Positions 50,043 through 59,715 of a DNA stretch of 64,000 nucleotides are shown here, piece after piece. The translations under genes and the position numbers were made by a program. The notes beneath the pieces are model-generated. The model was not told where the DNA came from, did not search any database, and saw nothing but the letters and a program-made list of their open reading frames with translations. The DNA lies in assembly GCA_964402425.1 (NCBI GenBank), contig CAYOCD010000004.1, positions 3,318-67,317 on the forward strand, in the 5' to 3' direction. This DNA comes from an uncultured Gammaproteobacteria bacterium (GTDB lineage Bacteria > Patescibacteriota > Patescibacteriia > UBA9934 > GWF2-40-263). Position 1 is the stretch's first letter. Every line of letters begins with the position of its first letter.

Positions 50043-51263
50043 CTAATCAAATTCAATGTAAATATGGTCTTTCAGACGCGGAATCTTGTTAAGCCAAAAC
50101 GGAAAGAAATCAACTTTAACAGATTCGGCCACACCGCTTCCTACAAGCGTTTTTGAGACATCATCTGCACTCATTCCCACAAATCGACCAACGTCCAATA
50201 CTTTATTTGTACGAGTAATAATCATCTTTCCGTCCAAGTGCGCACGCAAACTTGCAACTTTTTGGGTAGAATCATATTGTTCGATCGTCACTTCCATGTT
50301 TTCTACGTTTGTTCCAAAAAAATCTTGCCCTTGTCCCAATCCTTCATACAAATGCGATGAGAACAATTGTTTAAATGCGGAACGATCGTAAAAAACTCCT
50401 ATGACAGTAACCGTAAGGGTTACATCATACTCTTTAGATTCTGTGTCTGGTTGAATGCTTGTTTTTTGCTGTTTAACATCTGCAGTAAAGACCTCGCCAT
50501 CAAATCCACTTCCTACCTGTGCGCGCAGCATTTCTTTTGCGTCTGTCATCATTTCTTCTTTCAAGACGTCAACAGATTTTTGCAATTCTTCTTTTGAAAC
50601 AACGGCTACGGTTTGAACACCTCCCGTAAACGCCGTTTTGCTGTCCGCATAAATCTGTGTTTGTTTTGTTTCATTCAGTCCAGGAATGATGAAATGTCCC
50701 GGTGCAACATCTCCTGTTGCTCCTGGTTTATCTGCATGGACCGTTGCATCAACAGTGCCGCCCACTGGTACAACAACGTTTTTATCAAGGCGGAACAACA
50801 CATTTCCCGTTGAGAGCAGTCGTGTTGTCGCAACAAGAGCTTGAGGGGCGTTTGATTTATTGGTGATTGTGACGGTTCCCGCAGCCTTTCCTTCTATTTG
50901 TTTTGCCCCCTCTCCGCTTGGCTTGAAGGATTTTGTTTTATTCATGCTTCCAGAGAGCACTGTCCCACGAATATCTGTTTCATCGAGTGGAATCATGGCA
51001 GTGTGAGCAATCAGATCAGAAGAAAAATCTTTTGCAACCGGCTTAATGCGAATCACGGCTTGCATGGTTGATAAATACATCACAACAAGCAGAACGGCCG
51101 CAACAATCACAATAAATGCAAGGGCAATGCGTCTGTATAACATGAGCGGAACTGCATTTGCGTGCGAGCGCGATACAGGTCTTTCTGTTTCCTCTTTTTC
51201 AGCAACACGAATCACGCGTTTCACGGGAACACGCTTGCGTGTTGCAACTTTTTTTGTGGCCAT
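50043..51263 (-). CDS. hypothetical membrane-anchored protein (N-terminal basic tail plus one TM, large extracytoplasmic domain)
   Basis: 406 aa, Thr/Val/Gly-rich beta-like domain; no family recognised; downstream of dnaE. Confidence 0.55.
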   Translation of the reverse strand: MATKKVATRKRVPVKRVIRVAEKEETERPVSRSHANAVPLMLYRRIALAFIVIVAAVLLVVMYLSTMQAVIRIKPVAKDFSSDLIAHTAMIPLDETDIRGTVLSGSMNKTKSFKPSGEGAKQIEGKAAGTVTITNKSNAPQALVATTRLLSTGNVLFRLDKNVVVPVGGTVDATVHADKPGATGDVAPGHFIIPGLNETKQTQIYADSKTAFTGGVQTVAVVSKEELQKSVDVLKEEMMTDAKEMLRAQVGSGFDGEVFTADVKQQKTSIQPDTESKEYDVTLTVTVIGVFYDRSAFKQLFSSHLYEGLGQGQDFFGTNVENMEVTIEQYDSTQKVASLRAHLDGKMIITRTNKVLDVGRFVGMSADDVSKTLVGSGVAESVKVDFFPFWLNKIPRLKDHIYIEFD

Positions 51264-51305
51264 ATGAGGTTATTATAGCACGAAAGAAGTCAAGGAGTAA
51301 GTAAT

Positions 51306-51435
51306 TGTATCATTGCAAGGAATTCGACGACAAAGCAATCTTTTTTCCGATATCTCGTGGCTTAAAATAAAAGAAGTCACAGACAAAGAAGCGCAAAGAT
51401 TGCTTCGTCGTCGATGACTCCTTCTCGCAATGACA
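51306..51435. mobile_element. family 1 palindromic element, long form (TGTATCATTGCAAGG ... CTCGCAATGACAC)
   Basis: 130 nt with an internal palindrome gaattcgacgacaaagcaatcttt...aaagattgcttcgtcgtcgatgac; sits between the dnaE stop and the next gene's start. Confidence 0.8.
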
Positions 51436-51436
51436 C

Positions 51437-54400
51437 TTACTTCTCTAATTCCACATTCTGTGCACCAACAATACTCGACAACTCTCTCACCAAACTCTCT
51501 GTTGGACTCACGCGATATTCTGTTTCAATACGACGCAGACTTCCACCAGATTCAACAAGCAAACAGACAGGTGTTGCACCAGGTTTTGATTGCAACAAAG
51601 ATCGAACCGCGTCCACCATTTCTGGCGTCGGCTTGCCTTGTAGTTTGATATTCAATGTTTCCTTTTTCTTTTCCAATATTTCCTTTCCGCCTTCTCCGCC
51701 CTTTCCACCATTCCCCGTCACCAAATCCGGATAGGCGAGCCACTGCTCTTTCTTCAGCATCTCAAGAATAACAGACATGTTTTCCTCGCTCACAATCATA
51801 AAACTATTCGCGAGAAGCTTTGCTTCCTCCCCTTCGCGCTTCGAGACCTTTGCGCTCACAAGACAAATCTGCCCCTCGACCATGACATCTTTCACTGTTG
51901 CGAATGTTTTTGGGAACACAATCACCTCTTGTTTGCCGGTCATATCCTCAAGTCCAATGAACGCCATTGGATCTCCTTTTTTTGTAACAATCGTTTTTGG
52001 CAGAAGAATAATTCCACCGGCATACACAAACGACCCATCTTTCTGCGCAGGCAAATCTTTCATATGCATGAGCGTGCCGTCGAGGAATTCGTGAATCTTT
52101 TGATACGGATGACCCGACACATACAATCCGAGCAATTCTTTTTCCCACGCAAGTTGTGTATTCAACTTTGCAGGCTCTGCCGCGCGAAGTGAGATTGTTT
52201 GAGGAATGGTCGACGCAGCGGTCGAGAACAAGCTTGGCTGATTCGTTGTCTTTTCTTTTTGGACGCTCTTGTTGTGCAACAATAAGCGATCAAGGTTTTC
52301 GAGAAGTTGATTGCGTTCTGCAAATCTGTCGAGAGCCCCCGTCTTAATGAGAGCTTCGAGTGACTTCTTGTTAAATGCCCGATGCGCAACACGCGCAACG
52401 AAGTCCGCAAGATCTTTAAAGTCTCCGCCCGCTTTTCGCTCTGAGAGAATCGATTCAATAACTTCTTCTCCCAAGTTCTTAATCACGAGCAATCCAAAGC
52501 GAATATGGTGGTCGTCGAGATAAGTAAAGTTCTTGAGCGATTCATTGATGTCCGGAGGCAAAACTTCAATTTCCATGCGGCGACACTCCGCCACCGCTTC
52601 TGCAATCTTTTCAAGGTCTCCGGATTCCGCGGTCATAAGCGCGGTCATATACTCTGCTGGAAAATTTGCCTTCATGTACGCCGTTTCATACGCAACCATT
52701 CCATAACTTGCGGCGTGTGCTTTGTTGAATCCGTAGGCTGCAAACGGTTCAATCAAATTCCAAAGTTCTTTTGCCTTCTTCTCCGACATTCCGTGCTTCA
52801 ACAATCCTTCATGCAATTTAATTTTTTGCTTTGCCATTTCTTCCGGAATCTTTTTTCCCATGGCCTTGCGCAGCTTGTCCGCCTCGAGCCAGGAATATCC
52901 TCCAAGATGAATCGCAATCAACATGACGTCGTCTTGATAAACAATGACGCCATACGACATGGAAAGGAGATCCTTCATGCGCGGATCCAAAAAATGGATG
53001 AGCGAAGGATCATGTTTGCGTTTGATGTATTCCGGAATGGATTCAATCGGACCAGGACGATACAGCGCAACCATCGCCATGATGTCTTCAATACGTTCTG
53101 GTTTCAGTTCCATGAGATACTTTGTCATTCCGTCTCCATTCAACTGAAACACACCCATCGTTTTTCCGGTTGCAAGCAGTTCAAATGTTTTTTTATCATC
53201 TGTTGGCAGACGATCAATCACCACATCAACCCCTTTTGTTTTTTTCACAAGATGAACCGCATCTCCCAAAATCGACAAGTTGCGAATTCCAAGAAAGTCC
53301 ATTTTGACAAGCCCTGCCGCTTCCACAGCTTTCATTTCATACTGCGTGATCATCTTTCCTTCTTTTGTATCGATTTGTAGAGGGGTAAAATCTGTCAGTT
53401 CTGTTGGAGAGATAACGGTTCCGGCTGCGTGAACAGAAACGTGGCGTGCACATCCTTCAATTTGTTTCGCAAGATCAATCATGCGACGAACGTTTGCGTC
53501 CGTGTCATACATCTTTTTCAAATCTGGCGATTCCTCGAGCGCGCGCGTGAGGGTCATCGGAAATCCTTGCGAACCCATCGGAACAAGTTTGGCCACTACA
53601 TCAACCATACCGTACGGAAAACCAAGAGCACGTCCGACATCACGAACCGAACCGCGCGCAAGCATGGTTCCAAACGTACAGATCTGTGCCACTTTCTCTG
53701 CTCCGTATTTTGAACGCACGTAATCGAGCACTTCATCGCGTCTGTTATCGGCAAAGTCTGCGTCGATATCAGGAGCAGATGGACGCTCTGGATTCAAGAA
53801 ACGTTCGAATGGCAATTTGTAATAAAGCGGATCGATTGCAGAAATATCTGTTGCGTATGCAACAATGGAACCCGCGGCAGATCCACGCGTTGTTGTCACG
53901 ATTCCGTTCTCACGCGACCAACTCAAAAAATCAGACACGATTAAGAAGTACGGACAAAATCCTTTTTGATCAATAATTTCAAGCTCGTAGTTGATGCGAT
54001 CAATCTGCACTTGGGATAATTCCCCACCAACTTTTTCTTTGAGTCCATCGAACGCACGCTCGGTTAACACTCCACGAAACGTCTTCCCTTCTGGAATTTC
54101 AAACTTTGGAAAGTTCCACTTTCCAAGATCAAGTGTAACGTTGCAGCGATCCGCAATCTTGCGCGTATTCTCAATTGCCTCCGGCACGTCCGAGAATCGC
54201 TCAATCATGTACTCCGCAGAAACCATGGACGCGTCAAAGTCAAACTGCGCCATGCGCTCATATTGCTCAAGTGTTTTTTGTCCTTTAATACAATTCAAAA
54301 TTTTCCACGCTTCCACATCACCCGGTTTGAGAAAAAACGTATTCTTTGTCGCGACAACCGGAACATTCATTTCTTTTCCAAGCGCGATCAACTTTGCATT

Positions 54401-54964
54401 CATCGCTTCTTGTTCCGCAATCTCCGGTCGATCAACAAGCTCAAGAAAATAATTCCCTTCGCCAAAAATTTCAACATACTCCCGAATCGCCGCCTTCGCC
54501 TCGTCCATACGATCGAGGTGTAAAAACTCATCAATCTCCCCCATGTGTCCACCCGAGAGTGCAATCAATCCTTTTGCATGTTGTCGCAACACTTCCTTAT
54601 CGATACGTGGCTTATAGTAGAAGCCTTCAAGAAATCCAACAGACGAAAGTTTAATCAAGTTCTGATACCCTTCGTTCGTTTCTGCAAGACAGACGAGTCG
54701 TTGCGGGCGTGTATCGATGCGTGCACGCTTCAACAATCGACCGTCTTGAGCAACGTAAAAATCCACACCGATAATCGGTTTTACTTCTGCATCCACCGCC
54801 TTCTGATAAAACTCAATCGCCCCATACATGGTGCCATTGTCTGTGATGGCGACCGTATCCATCTCCATTCCTTTTATATGTTTCAAAATCTCTTTTGTTT
54901 TGGGCAATGCTTCAAGAAGAGAATAATGCGAATGAACGTGCAGGTGAACAAAAGGAGATGGCAT
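51437..54964 (-). CDS. dnaE: DNA polymerase III subunit alpha
   Basis: PHP domain N-terminus (LHVHSHYSLLE), polymerase core and OB fold; 1175 aa. Confidence 0.95.
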   Translation of the reverse strand: MPSPFVHLHVHSHYSLLEALPKTKEILKHIKGMEMDTVAITDNGTMYGAIEFYQKAVDAEVKPIIGVDFYVAQDGRLLKRARIDTRPQRLVCLAETNEGYQNLIKLSSVGFLEGFYYKPRIDKEVLRQHAKGLIALSGGHMGEIDEFLHLDRMDEAKAAIREYVEIFGEGNYFLELVDRPEIAEQEAMNAKLIALGKEMNVPVVATKNTFFLKPGDVEAWKILNCIKGQKTLEQYERMAQFDFDASMVSAEYMIERFSDVPEAIENTRKIADRCNVTLDLGKWNFPKFEIPEGKTFRGVLTERAFDGLKEKVGGELSQVQIDRINYELEIIDQKGFCPYFLIVSDFLSWSRENGIVTTTRGSAAGSIVAYATDISAIDPLYYKLPFERFLNPERPSAPDIDADFADNRRDEVLDYVRSKYGAEKVAQICTFGTMLARGSVRDVGRALGFPYGMVDVVAKLVPMGSQGFPMTLTRALEESPDLKKMYDTDANVRRMIDLAKQIEGCARHVSVHAAGTVISPTELTDFTPLQIDTKEGKMITQYEMKAVEAAGLVKMDFLGIRNLSILGDAVHLVKKTKGVDVVIDRLPTDDKKTFELLATGKTMGVFQLNGDGMTKYLMELKPERIEDIMAMVALYRPGPIESIPEYIKRKHDPSLIHFLDPRMKDLLSMSYGVIVYQDDVMLIAIHLGGYSWLEADKLRKAMGKKIPEEMAKQKIKLHEGLLKHGMSEKKAKELWNLIEPFAAYGFNKAHAASYGMVAYETAYMKANFPAEYMTALMTAESGDLEKIAEAVAECRRMEIEVLPPDINESLKNFTYLDDHHIRFGLLVIKNLGEEVIESILSERKAGGDFKDLADFVARVAHRAFNKKSLEALIKTGALDRFAERNQLLENLDRLLLHNKSVQKEKTTNQPSLFSTAASTIPQTISLRAAEPAKLNTQLAWEKELLGLYVSGHPYQKIHEFLDGTLMHMKDLPAQKDGSFVYAGGIILLPKTIVTKKGDPMAFIGLEDMTGKQEVIVFPKTFATVKDVMVEGQICLVSAKVSKREGEEAKLLANSFMIVSEENMSVILEMLKKEQWLAYPDLVTGNGGKGGEGGKEILEKKKETLNIKLQGKPTPEMVDAVRSLLQSKPGATPVCLLVESGGSLRRIETEYRVSPTESLVRELSSIVGAQNVELEK

Positions 54965-55117
54965 AGCGTGGGGGCTCGATTAACGAGCAATAAGTCTTTT
55001 ATTGGTGAGAGATTACCACGTCACAACAACCCAGGCAACGCATGAGAAAAAGCGTTTTTTCTTGACACAAGACATGTCCCCTCTTACACTCCCCTTACAA
55101 CATTAAGGATTCCCAAA

Positions 55118-55327
55118 ATGAAACTTATCCTTCTTGTGTCTGTTCTTTGTGCCCTTATCATAATCCTTAGTCTTTGGCGCTTTCACCGTAGATATGGCAC
55201 CCGAGCAGAACGCAAAGTACTCGAGGACAAACTCCACAAAGACCTCATGTACTTGCACAGCGATCCATTCACAAGCGCAAAATCTGTCACGCAAACCACA
55301 GAGAATCCTCAAAGCAACACCCCCTAA
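55118..55327 (+). CDS. small hypothetical membrane protein (69 aa)
   Basis: Single N-terminal TM; followed by tandem terminators. Confidence 0.35.
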   Translation: MKLILLVSVLCALIIILSLWRFHRRYGTRAERKVLEDKLHKDLMYLHSDPFTSAKSVTQTTENPQSNTP

Positions 55328-55353
55328 CAAACACCAATCAAGACAACTTCCTC

Positions 55354-55420
55354 AAAGCGCCCTCCGCGCTTTTTTCTTTTTCAAAAAGACCCCCGACAAG
55401 CGGAGGTCTTTTTTTATTTT
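55354..55420. terminator. two tandem hairpin terminators (aagcgccctccgcgctt followed by a T-run; agacccccgacaagcggaggtct followed by a T-run), bidirectional
   Basis: They lie between convergent genes; the second also has an A-run upstream for the minus strand. Confidence 0.7.
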
Positions 55421-55782
55421 TTTGATTTTTTCTTAAAGGCTGGTTTACGTGATGGTGGTTCATAATCATCTTCATCTTCCTGATGTTCTTCTCTTCTTCT
55501 TTTTTTCTCCACCTCTTTCTTTTTTTCCATCACATACTCCACAGCCTTTGCTGCTGTGTTTGCCCCCAGGCCCATAAGACTAGAAGCGCGATCAAATTTT
55601 TCACGAATACCAGAAAGTGCTTGTTCGATTTTTTGCATTTTATCGCGTGCATCAGAAATAGTGTCATTCACATTTTTCAAAATGGTTGCGAGCTGCCACA
55701 AAAACCAGAACACGGCAGCAGTAAACCACAACACACAAAATGAGAGAACGATATAAAGAATCTCGAGAGGTGTGAAAGACAT
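55414..55782 (-). CDS. DUF948-like membrane-anchored coiled-coil protein with a Lys/Glu-rich tail
   Basis: N-terminal TM, central helical region, basic/acidic low-complexity C-terminus. Confidence 0.5.
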   Translation of the reverse strand: MSFTPLEILYIVLSFCVLWFTAAVFWFLWQLATILKNVNDTISDARDKMQKIEQALSGIREKFDRASSLMGLGANTAAKAVEYVMEKKKEVEKKRRREEHQEDEDDYEPPSRKPAFKKKSKK

Positions 55783-55879
55783 ATTCCTCCATGTCTTTGC
55801 AAAGATGTTCGATATCTGAAGCCGTCTTTTTGAAAAGACACTTTCAGAACAAACGCTTTACAGCGACAAATATTACTTT

Positions 55880-58273
55880 TTACATTCTCATGATACCACC
55901 AAAATCATTTTCAATCATCTTTTTTATTTTCTCCATCCACACATCCACCTCTTTTGATTCAAGTGTTCGATCTGCAGCACGGAATTCTACACGCACACCA
56001 AGAGATTTCTTTCCCGGATCAATGCCTTTTCCACGATACGTATCGAAGAGTTCAACAGAGACGATCGACGAATCGATTTTCTCGATTGCGCGCTCGATGC
56101 TTGCATATTCTGTGCGATCCGCAAGGACAAACGCGAGATCGCGTTTGACGGATGGAAACTGTGGAAGCGGAACAAATGTTTTTGCTGTTGAAAAATGTTC
56201 AAGGAGTGCTTCAAAATCAAGTTCAAGAATAATCACATTCACATCAAGACCAAATGAGAACTCAACAGAGCGACTCACTTGCCCGATCGTTCCGACTGGT
56301 TTGCTCTCGAGAAGCACGCGCGCCGAACGTCCGGCATGGAAGCGAGACGAATCGACAATGCGATCAAGTTCGATACCCGATACGCCCGTCTCATCAAAAA
56401 GACGCGTGAGAATTCCCTTTGCACGCAAGAATAATTTTTCTGCGTCCGCTTTTCCGTAAACCGCAACGACAAGTCGAAGCGGCTGTTCTGGAAGTTCGTT
56501 AGCGCGTGGAAGATACACCGGCGCGATTTCAAACAAATCCGCTTCCGGAAACACGGCTTGATTCTCGACGATATTCGTCAGCATCGTTGGGACAAGCGAT
56601 GGGCGCATGTACGCCTGGTCGATGCTGAGTGGATTTTTTAAGTGAATTGCATCCTCCGTTTTAAATCCATAATTCGCAAGCTGCTTCTCGGAAACGAAAC
56701 TATAACTATATGTTTCAACAAGCCCCGCACCTTTCAACAATTCCTTTACGCGTGCTTGCCAGACCAATGCACGATCAGACTCGCGAACAGGCGGCGCGCC
56801 GAGTGGAAGGACAGATGGAAAACGATCGTATCCATACACACGAGCAATCTCTTCGACAAAGTCGACCGAAGCCTCAATGTCATGATCGCGCCAGTACGGA
56901 ACGGTGATGTTGTAAGTGTCGCGATGTTTTTTCGCATCGAATCCTAAACGCTCGAGCGTCGCAATCATTTCATCTGCTTCCATTTCAATCCCCATCAAAG
57001 CATTTGCTTTTGTTGGATCGAACGGAAACACACGAGGCTCATACTCGTTTGCTTCAATCATCTCGACAGACGAAACAGCTTTTGGAAATGCAATTTCAGA
57101 CACAAGTTCAATCGCGCGCGCGATTGCAGCGTCTGTGCTCTGCGTCGAGAGCCCCTTCTCGAAGAGCAGCTGCGAATCTGAATACAAGTTCAATGCACGC
57201 GCAGTTCGGCGAACAGACACCGGATTAAACGTTGCAGACTCAATAATAATATTTGTGGTCGATTCCGTCGCACCAGTTTCCTCGCCTCCCATAACTCCCG
57301 CAATCGCGACGGGTTTCGTTGCGTCCGCAATCACAAGCATGTCGGATGTAAGTTTGTACTCTTTTCCATCGAGCGCTTTCATCACTTCCCCTTCAGCTGC
57401 GCGACGAACAACAATCACGCCACCGTCGAGCTTATCCGCATCAAACACATGCAACGGATGTCCGTACTCGTGCAAAACGTAATTTGTAATATCGACAACA
57501 TTGTTGATCGGTTTCAATCCCGCAAGAATCAACTTCTTTTGCAACCACCAAGGTGATGGACCAACGGTAATTCCCTCAAGACGCACGGCGGAATATTTTG
57601 GACAGAGTTCCTTGTCGAGAACACTCACGCGAGGAGCAGGAATCATTCCTTTCCAACCTTTCAAGCTCTTTAATTCTCTGAGTGAACTTCCAACAACGGC
57701 AGCACCTTCTCGAGCTTGACCGATAACAGACATACAGTCCGGACGGTTCGATGTGACTTCAATATCCATCACAACGTCGTCGAGATCAAGCGCCTTCGCG
57801 AGTGAAGTTCCAGCTGGCGCATCTGTGAGTTCTGTCAGATCCCAAATTTCTTTTTCTGCGTGTGGAATCGTCTCGAAACCAACTTCATCCACTCCGCAAA
57901 TCATTCCAAAACTTTTCACGCCACGAAGTGTAGATTCGGTAATCTCAACAAGATCCCCTTCTCCGTGCCAGCGCACTTTCGCGCCTGGCAACGCGACCAC
58001 AACTTTGTGGCCTTCAATCAAGTTTGATCCCCCACACACAATCTCCACAACCGTCTCACCAATATTTACTTCGCACACACGAAGCTTATCCGCATTTGGA
58101 TGCGGCTTCACAACGTTAATCTCGCCGACAACAATATGTGCAAGCATCTTTGCATAATCATGCATGCGCTCCACAGAGTTCCCGGAGTTCGTCGTCTTCT
58201 GCGCAAATTCCTCCACGGTTAAATCCATGTCGAGATATTCTTTGAGCCAATTATAGGAAATGAGGATGTTCAT
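55880..58273 (-). CDS. pheT: phenylalanyl-tRNA synthetase beta subunit
   Basis: MNILISYNWLKEY canonical start, B3/4, B5 and anticodon-binding domains. The track start (58294, MTQEANV) is donated by the repeat TIR. Confidence 0.93.
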   Translation of the reverse strand: MNILISYNWLKEYLDMDLTVEEFAQKTTNSGNSVERMHDYAKMLAHIVVGEINVVKPHPNADKLRVCEVNIGETVVEIVCGGSNLIEGHKVVVALPGAKVRWHGEGDLVEITESTLRGVKSFGMICGVDEVGFETIPHAEKEIWDLTELTDAPAGTSLAKALDLDDVVMDIEVTSNRPDCMSVIGQAREGAAVVGSSLRELKSLKGWKGMIPAPRVSVLDKELCPKYSAVRLEGITVGPSPWWLQKKLILAGLKPINNVVDITNYVLHEYGHPLHVFDADKLDGGVIVVRRAAEGEVMKALDGKEYKLTSDMLVIADATKPVAIAGVMGGEETGATESTTNIIIESATFNPVSVRRTARALNLYSDSQLLFEKGLSTQSTDAAIARAIELVSEIAFPKAVSSVEMIEANEYEPRVFPFDPTKANALMGIEMEADEMIATLERLGFDAKKHRDTYNITVPYWRDHDIEASVDFVEEIARVYGYDRFPSVLPLGAPPVRESDRALVWQARVKELLKGAGLVETYSYSFVSEKQLANYGFKTEDAIHLKNPLSIDQAYMRPSLVPTMLTNIVENQAVFPEADLFEIAPVYLPRANELPEQPLRLVVAVYGKADAEKLFLRAKGILTRLFDETGVSGIELDRIVDSSRFHAGRSARVLLESKPVGTIGQVSRSVEFSFGLDVNVIILELDFEALLEHFSTAKTFVPLPQFPSVKRDLAFVLADRTEYASIERAIEKIDSSIVSVELFDTYRGKGIDPGKKSLGVRVEFRAADRTLESKEVDVWMEKIKKMIENDFGGIMRM

Positions 58274-58286
58274 AACATTTGCTTCT

Positions 58287-58659
58287 TGTGTCATCTCGAG
58301 CGGAGCCGAGAGATCTCACGTTTATAAGTCCATTGCCAAATCCTTTCGTTCTGGATTTATTTCATCAATCAAAAACTCTTTCTTCGCGCGATTCCATTTC
58401 TTTAATTGCTTCTCACGTTCAAGTGCTGAAACCACTTCATTCGTCTGTTCGTAATATACGAGTTTGTTGCAGTTATACTTCGCTGTAAATCCTTCGATCA
58501 TCTTCTCTTTATGTTCAAACACTCTTCTCTGAAGATTATTTGTGACACCGATGTACAAAACCGTATTAACAGGATTAGACATGATGTAAATGAAGTAAGA
58601 ACGTTCGGACATATAAATGTGAGATCCCTCGGCTGCGCTGCGCTTCGCTCGGGATGACA
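58287..58659. mobile_element. composite family 1 element carrying a GIY-YIG nuclease ORF (TIRs TGTGTCATCTCGAGC ... GCTCGGGATGACA), inserted between pheS and pheT
   Basis: The same TIR and core sequences as the short copies (…gagatctcacgtttataag … gagatccctcggctgcgctgcgcttcgctcgggatgaca) bracket a GIY-YIG ORF. Confidence 0.75.
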
Positions 58660-58660
58660 C
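58322..58660 (-). CDS. GIY-YIG nuclease family protein (COG2827/UPF0213-like)
   Basis: YIGVTNNLQRRVFEH GIY-YIG motif. The N-terminal 16 aa (MSSRAKRSAAEGSHIY) are translated from the element TIR; the likely real start is MSERSYFIYIM at about 58612. Confidence 0.8.
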   Translation of the reverse strand: MSSRAKRSAAEGSHIYMSERSYFIYIMSNPVNTVLYIGVTNNLQRRVFEHKEKMIEGFTAKYNCNKLVYYEQTNEVVSALEREKQLKKWNRAKKEFLIDEINPERKDLAMDL

Positions 58661-58667
58661 GGGGAAA

Positions 58668-59714
58668 CTAGAACTGTTTCACAAACCTCAAATCATTCTT
58701 ATACAGCACGCGAATGTCATCAATATTCATTCCTTCTTTCATCATCATGGTGCGCTCCACTCCCCAACCGAAGGCGAATCCGGAGAATTCTTCTGAATCG
58801 AGGCCGCCGGATTTCAAGACGTTTGGATGAACCATTCCGGCTCCCCCGAGTTCCATCCATCCTTCTTTGCACAATCGACAATTCACAGACGGATCTGCAT
58901 TACAGACACCGCAACTAATATCGATCTCAAAACTTGGTTCGGTAAAACGAAAATGGTGTGGGCGCAACCGTGTTGTACGCTCAGGGCCAAAATACGTTTT
59001 CGCAAAATAATCGATCGTTCCTTTTAAGTTTGCGATCGTCATGCCGCGATCAATCACTAATCCCTCAAACTGATGGAACATGGAAAGATGACGTGTATCA
59101 GATTGACGACGATACGTTCTGTTGATGTTGATCATGCGAATCGGTGGTTTTTGTGTTTCCATGATGCGCACCTGAGAGTTTGATGTGTGCGGTGTGAGAA
59201 CAAGTTTTCCTTTTGCCCCTTCTGGCACATCCACAAAAAACGTCTCCCAATCATCGCGCGCTGGGTGATCGCCCGGCATGTTCAATGCCTCAAACACATA
59301 ATAGTCCCAGTCAATTTCTGGAACGCGTGCGCTTGTGAATCCGATTTTTTTGAACGTGTCTTCAATCTCCGCAATTGTTTGCGTTACAGGATGCAAATGC
59401 CCCGTGTTCGAAAAATCACCCGGTGCCGTAACATCAATCCATTCGTCTTCTGCGCGGCGCAATTCTTCTTGTTCAAAAAGCGATCGCTCTTTATCTCCAA
59501 ACGCCCTTTCAATGGAACTTTTCAGTTCATTCGCAAATTGTCCGATGACTTTTCGTTCATCATCTGCAAGGCTCATCATTTCTTTCATGAGCTCGTTTAA
59601 CTTTCCTTTGCGACCAAGAACGTCTGTTTTAAGTGCCTCAAGATTCTCGCGATCTGTGATCTTCTCAAGAAGAGCGAGGGCATCTTGTTTTAATTGTTCA
59701 ATTTTTGATTTCAT
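58668..59714 (-). CDS. pheS: phenylalanyl-tRNA synthetase alpha subunit
   Basis: Class II core motifs (FRxE..., GLGxER). Confidence 0.93.
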   Translation of the reverse strand: MKSKIEQLKQDALALLEKITDRENLEALKTDVLGRKGKLNELMKEMMSLADDERKVIGQFANELKSSIERAFGDKERSLFEQEELRRAEDEWIDVTAPGDFSNTGHLHPVTQTIAEIEDTFKKIGFTSARVPEIDWDYYVFEALNMPGDHPARDDWETFFVDVPEGAKGKLVLTPHTSNSQVRIMETQKPPIRMININRTYRRQSDTRHLSMFHQFEGLVIDRGMTIANLKGTIDYFAKTYFGPERTTRLRPHHFRFTEPSFEIDISCGVCNADPSVNCRLCKEGWMELGGAGMVHPNVLKSGGLDSEEFSGFAFGWGVERTMMMKEGMNIDDIRVLYKNDLRFVKQF

Positions 59715-59715
59715 A

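Noticed and set aside
52505-53380. 291-aa plus-strand ORF
   Set aside because: It is antisense to dnaE.
55791-57482. Plus-strand ORFs of 222 aa and 188 aa
   Set aside because: Both are antisense to pheT and are Ser/Arg-rich.
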